DNA of 63,181 bases, the filler included, from Folioceros fuciformis (lineage: Eukaryota), in the NCBI GenBank assembly GCA_049999805.1. It is 6 parts of 6 records of this genome, joined end to end, with 100 filler letters (N's around TTAATTAATTAA, not from the genome) between each part and the next. Parts side by side here need not be neighbours in the genome. Positions count along the whole stretch, not along the records: positions 56,733 to 61,761 come from JBNGIO010005384.1; positions 61,862 to 63,181 come from JBNGIO010005424.1; 4 more parts are not named here. One strand, 5' to 3'. Below the pieces are notes generated by a model that saw only the letters and a program-made list of their open reading frames with translations, was not told where the DNA came from and ran no database searches. Each line of letters opens with the position of its first letter. Position 1 is the stretch's first letter. Made by a program: the position numbers and the translations under genes. Of this stretch, positions 58,150 through 63,181 are shown one piece after another.

Positions 58150-58993
58150 TATGATTTTTATTTCTTTATGAAAATCCTGACAAACTCACTGGAGTGCTTT
58201 CTTGACAACACAGTTTATGGATGTACATATGTTCAGTCCACGTCCTCCTTCNNNNNNNNNNNNNNNNNNNNNNNNNNNNNNNNNNNNNNNNNNNNNNNNN
58301 NNNNNNNNNNNNNNNNNNNNNNNNNNNNNNNNNNNNNNNNNNNNNNNNNNNTTGTGAGGATGCCCAAGTTTACTCCTGTGATCTAGCTCCCTCAGCCTGT
58401 ATGTGTCTACTGTAAATAGTTTCAAGCGAAAGAACCAGCTTGATGGGTAGGTGGCCTTATGTGGTGGAGTTCTGTGCAGAACGGCAGCAAAACTCAGTAG
58501 TGCTGGGTTAAGAGGTCCTGTTCAAGTTGAAAACAGAAGTAACTGGCCTATTGGTCTTCCATTTAAATACTGTTGTGATTGTAGCTCGCCAACCTCTAAA
58601 GAGAGCTTGCAATCCCTCCCTGCTTCTTTTTTTTCAGGGACAGCGACTGGAGTGCGAGAATGGATAATTTTTTGCATCGAGTCTGTACGTGTCGTTGATG
58701 ACTTGAGTGGCAGACTGGCCCTCGGTAATATGTGTCCCTAATCAGAGTCTGTGCGTCTTGTGCGTTTGAAGTATTTAAGTCTGGCCCCTATGGTTCCCAG
58801 TAGTTGTAGGGAAATGTAAAGCGCTGTGATAGTTCAGTCCGAAACAGTGTAGAGTACAAACGTGAAAACCGAAACGAGTCAAATGAGCTTGCTGCGATGC
58901 AGCAACCTCATTTGACGCATCATTTGCAGCAAATGAGCAGACGCATTTTCGTGCCACCAGTCTTGAAACCTACAGCCGAGGAGGTCGAATTCG

Positions 58994-60763
58994 TCATGTC
59001 TCCTCGGTGCGGACCTGTTGATACACATGGCTTTTGATGATAATCTTGCCGACTCGAAATCCTGGAACTACCATAAAACCCACCTTGGGCAGGAATGTGG
59101 ATTTCTCATGCTCGTCGGCATCATCATCCACCACATTCACCATGTAAGTCGAGTCGAAATCTGCTCCACTCCTGACGCGAAAGATCCTTGCATGTGGCTC
59201 GAACGACAGGGCCAGCCTCTGCAAAAGCCACACCCACGTAGCAAACAGACAGAAGCTCTTAACGTAAGGGTGATCCGGTTGCTGGAGTAAATGCTGAAGG
59301 TGTGTCGGCGTGATGCTGGCTATCTTCTGGTCAAGAAACCGTAAAAACCGGGCTTCACTGCTTGATCTTTCATTCTTCGCCCGGAGCTCTGATATGTACT
59401 GGAAAGTGGGTCTGCTCTTGAGCTCCTCGAACTCCTTGAACCGCAGTGCTTGAGCCTCCTCCAAATCTAATGTGGGGCAGAAATATCCTTGGTTCGTGTC
59501 AAACCCATCCACTTCGAAACCACGGAACATGGCCGTGGAGATGGCATACGCAGTGGAATACTTGGCTTCGTGCGATTTTCTCGCGAACCGAATGCTCTTG
59601 ACCACTTCAATGTTGTCACCGTCATCTTCCGGAAGCTGGTAGCTTATCCTAGCTTCTTTATGCGCAACGTCATAGTCTCTGCAAAACCTCCTCAGCTTAT
59701 CCATCAGTTTTATAACACAGTCATCAAGCATAGGAGGCGACGCCGACGTGTCCAGGTAAGACCCGATCTGTTGGGACTTCGCTTTCTCCTGCTCAAACAT
59801 GTTCAGATGCTGGTTAAGCTTCTGGATCTGCATATCCTTCCCACGCAAACTGGCTGCCATCTCCTCTCGAATCTTATCTATCTCATTGCATGCCCGGCGG
59901 TAATTCGAGATCAAATTTTCCAAATCTTTTTCATGACGAATTTTCAGATCCGCGGTGTCTGCCAACAACGCACCCACCGTCTGGACATAGTGGTCGTAAT
60001 CCACGGGCTTGCCCTCAAGCTCCTCCGGAAATTTCGGAACCAGATCTTCCACCTTCTGTTTCGGAAGAAGCTTCCTCTGCACAAGGAAATTCCTCAGTTT
60101 CCCGTGGCACTCGAAAACCTTGAGAATCCATGTTTCACATGCCCCTCCCTTCTCTCCAATTTCGACAGCCATCTGCTGATAACGAGCGGCAAACCCATCG
60201 GCTAGGGAGAGCAATTCCTGGTACTGCCTTGAGGGAGCTGTGGAAAGTGAACCCTCGATTCTCGGATCCCCAATCTCAGACATTTCCTGGCTCCCTCGCT
60301 TTTCGACATCCCGCGTTTGCTGGGTTGGGTCCAACTCGTTCGTGACCAGTCCACCGCGCTGGTCAGGGAGCACCACACGCTGATCAGGGCTTGAACGTTC
60401 TTCCTCCCTCCCCGCAGCCTGGTCGTTGAGGACAAGCTGCGAGCTGGACCCGCCCGCATCGGTTGACACACCTGATCCATCTGGCTTCACCTTGTCAGTG
60501 GACATCAAACTCATGACCCCCTCCACCTTCTTCTCACCTGCTCTCGGGGCCTCTTCACCATCCAAGATCACAAACGGCTGCAGCTTCTGCTGCCAAGCCA
60601 TAGATTCCGACTTCGCCGCGCCCGCAATCCGTCTCAGGTCCTTGAAGTGATGTTCAAAACACGCAACCCACCGAAGCAGCTCCTGGAACAACCGCAGCAG
60701 CTCCACCTCCGTTGGAGCTTGAGGTGCCTCTCTACCCCGAAACCATGACGTAGACAGGCTCAT
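58994..60763 (-). CDS. IRK-interacting protein/GIL1-like coiled-coil protein
   Basis: Long ORF ending VWLLQRLALSFEP..IFRV..G..FDSTYM..V..KVGFMVVPGFRVG..IIKSHVY, typical of the IRKI/GIL1 C-terminal domain. An upstream exon is possible. Confidence 0.8.
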   Translation of the reverse strand: MSLSTSWFRGREAPQAPTEVELLRLFQELLRWVACFEHHFKDLRRIAGAAKSESMAWQQKLQPFVILDGEEAPRAGEKKVEGVMSLMSTDKVKPDGSGVSTDAGGSSSQLVLNDQAAGREEERSSPDQRVVLPDQRGGLVTNELDPTQQTRDVEKRGSQEMSEIGDPRIEGSLSTAPSRQYQELLSLADGFAARYQQMAVEIGEKGGACETWILKVFECHGKLRNFLVQRKLLPKQKVEDLVPKFPEELEGKPVDYDHYVQTVGALLADTADLKIRHEKDLENLISNYRRACNEIDKIREEMAASLRGKDMQIQKLNQHLNMFEQEKAKSQQIGSYLDTSASPPMLDDCVIKLMDKLRRFCRDYDVAHKEARISYQLPEDDGDNIEVVKSIRFARKSHEAKYSTAYAISTAMFRGFEVDGFDTNQGYFCPTLDLEEAQALRFKEFEELKSRPTFQYISELRAKNERSSSEARFLRFLDQKIASITPTHLQHLLQQPDHPYVKSFCLFATWVWLLQRLALSFEPHARIFRVRSGADFDSTYMVNVVDDDADEHEKSTFLPKVGFMVVPGFRVGKIIIKSHVYQQVRTEET

Positions 60764-61861
60764 GGTGGTCCGTTGACTCTGAGGCGGAGAAAGCTGCACA
60801 CGACGAAGAGAAACTTACCACATTGCCCGCGCTCTTCTGAAGGACATCCGTATCACCCAAGCTCCCATCCTCCAGTGAGCAAGACACGAATCAACTTGTA
60901 CCTCATCCGAGCTAGCATTGGCTAATGTCTTCCGAGAACCAGACAACATTCTGCTTCACCGACCACGATTTCACCAATCTCCTGTTACGAAGTTACCCCT
61001 TCCTGATCAGAAACCTCTTCCACACTGATGTCTAAGCTAAGCACCAAATCTAAGACGTAGGAACAAGTTGCGGGTGAAAGCCATATGCTACACAGTACAA
61101 TCAATCACAGCACAGGTCTTCGTGACAGAACGCCAGTGAAGAAACGCCGGCTAACATGTGGCCAGCCTCTCCCGACACTTGAGCCAGCAACCCCCTGCGC
61201 CTCGCTCAGCCTGCTTGAAGCAAGGACGCAGCACAAACGCTGGACTGAAATCGGGATAGCTCCCCCGGCGCAGGCCGCAGTATCCCTCCGCTTTCCTTTC
61301 CTCATCCTCGATCGGATCGGGAGTCCGACTTTGACAGAATCCAACACTGTACGCTTCCGCGTCACTGCAGCAACACGCGGATTTCCTTTCGTATTCTATT
61401 GGTTTACTGTCGTCACAACTTGGCTCCCTGGAGCCTAGTGGCACTTGAGCCCGAACGAGTTGAAAAGTGGGATATCGATTCGTTTCACAAAAAATCTTTC
61501 TCATTACCCGAAGGTCGAAGTGGTTGATGTTTTGCTTTGAAGCGTCGTCATCTTCACTACAGACATTCACGACCTTCGATCTCGAGGGAAACAGCTAGGT
61601 TTTTATATCGTGGAAACGAAACCACACGACTCAAGATTCCTCCAAGCAGCTTGGTAGCAGCGTCCAGGGCAGTGGAGGGCCTGTTACAACGGCCTAGGTG
61701 TCTCAAGAAGATGGTGCCAAAGTTCATAGAAGAAGATGCTCTCCCACACGGATCGAAGGCTNNNNNNNNNNNNNNNNNNNNNNNNNNNNNNNNNNNNNNN
61801 NNNNNTTAATTAATTAANNNNNNNNNNNNNNNNNNNNNNNNNNNNNNNNNNNNNNNNNNNN

Positions 61862-62811
61862 GCATGTGCAGAGATTATGGAAAACCACATGAAGACATCC
61901 GGTTTCCCTACCCTGTTGAACACATCCATCGCCTCCTTTAGCCTACCTCCACATGCATACATGCGCAAGATATGGTTCCCCAAATATGCATTCGACTCGT
62001 ACCCAAGTTTGACTGTGAGATCATGAACTCGTCGCCCCACCACCAAATCCTTCTTAGCTGTACAGAGTTTTAACACTGTGTAAAACAGAGACTGAGAAAC
62101 GCCAGAGCCTGACTGCACCAGAGATTCCAGGGCTCCAACGGCCTCAGAAAGCTTCCCCTTGTGACATAACATGCTCACGGTTGCAGCAGTTACGACGCCC
62201 GTTTCCAATTCTGCACGCCTGCCAGATCCACGCTTATACAGAGAGCTGCACTCGAAAGAAGAGACTCCATGGGCCATTGGATGTGGAAGTGCTGGGTTTC
62301 TTGCACTGCTGCCCCTGGAGCCCATTTCACCACCTGTACGCCTTCCAGGTTCAGGGTTATCTGGAGAGCTCAAGTTGGAAGCAGAGGAACCGAGACCCAT
62401 CTGCATATCCAAGGAGACGAGCTGCTCATCAACCCATGCTGGCTTTAACCTGTTGTCCAACCAGAGCACCTCCCCGGACCTCTTACGCCGGAAGTCAGGG
62501 GAACGGGAGCTCTTCTTGTCTCGTCTGTTATCCCACCACATGGTAGGGTCCAGAAAAAGTTGTTGCCACAAGTGCTCCTGCTGCTCCTGGCAACTACCAG
62601 CATCGTCGGAAAGCCCGTCCCTGCCCACACACGTTCTCGCTCTCGGACGTGGAAGTGCTGGGTTCCTGACACTGCTGCACCTGGAGGCTCTATTTGCAAA
62701 GGGATCACTCCCGAAGCTGAGGTGAGCGGGGGTTCCTGGTAGAGTCCTTGTACACACACCAATTCCAATTTGTTGGGTCCACAACAGGTCCGGTTGCCAT
62801 ACTGTGGCCAT
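61862..62811 (-). CDS. PLS-class PPR protein N-terminus with an OSB-type PDF motif; 3' part lost in gap
   Basis: ATG at 62811 and a transit-peptide-like start. LWQQLFLDPTMWWDNRRDKKSSRSPDFRRKRSGEVLWLDNRLKPAWV is followed in frame by PLS repeats homologous to the N-terminal repeats of the 28903 PPR. Confidence 0.88.
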
Positions 62812-63181
62812 CTTTCAGGGACCGCTGTCGGAAGATGACTCTCACAAAAGTCTCGTTTAGGCAGATCCCCGGCCGGTTACACTGTACGTACGTATGTATG
62901 ACCACAACAGCTTAAAGGGGTGAACCGTGAGCGGTTCTGCCTGAAGGGGTGAGCCGTCCTGTAACACCTGTAGGCAAGCTGTCGGACTGGTCCTTTAAAC
63001 CACTCGACCATGTGACGGATATTCGGGAGTAGCTTTATGTTGCAGTTTAGATATACAAAACAGTTAATTGCTTATCAGCTGCCATAAGAAAAACGATCAT
63101 TTCATTTAACGCTTGTCAACGTTAAGTTCATGCTAAGCTACATACCCCAAGATCCATGGTACCACGGTCTCTGTTTCTGAT

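Noticed and set aside
61420-61761. Possible 3' continuation of the PDF-PPR gene across the gap
   Set aside because: The minus-strand frames I read show no PPR, E or DYW motifs.

Overview
Eukaryotic, gene-dense plant nuclear scaffold with short introns. It is most likely a hornwort or another seed-free plant, inferred from a DRH-type DYW:KP PPR gene and the compact gene structure. Several contigs are joined by N/TTAATTAATTAA spacers, so adjacency across those gaps is not guaranteed. The window holds three PLS-class PPR genes: a DYW:KP/DRH candidate U-to-C editor, a very long PLS protein with a truncated WW-type PG box, and a PPR carrying an N-terminal OSB-type PDF motif. An AT-rich tandem cluster of divergent Ginkbilobin-2/DUF26-like secreted Cys-rich genes is interleaved with an 81/162-bp satellite. 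One copy is split by a full-length, decayed chromoviral Ty3/Gypsy element with a GGATA target-site duplication, and a dispersed family member lies at about 39 kb. Other genes are RAD7-like, a TRP/TRFL telomere-binding protein, WD40, a UDP-arabinose epimerase pseudogene, a large disordered Zn-domain protein, MAX2, a PM-ANT-like carrier and an IRKI/GIL1-like gene. The most interesting observations are a 4-exon, 99-aa stand-alone PDCD4/SERBP1-like ribosome-binding-motif gene that the ORF track captures only in part, a MAX2 with a ~300-aa insertion carrying five ATG8-interacting-like motifs, the PDF-PPR fusion, and the Gnk2-like family. All family assignments come from recalled motifs, not database searches.
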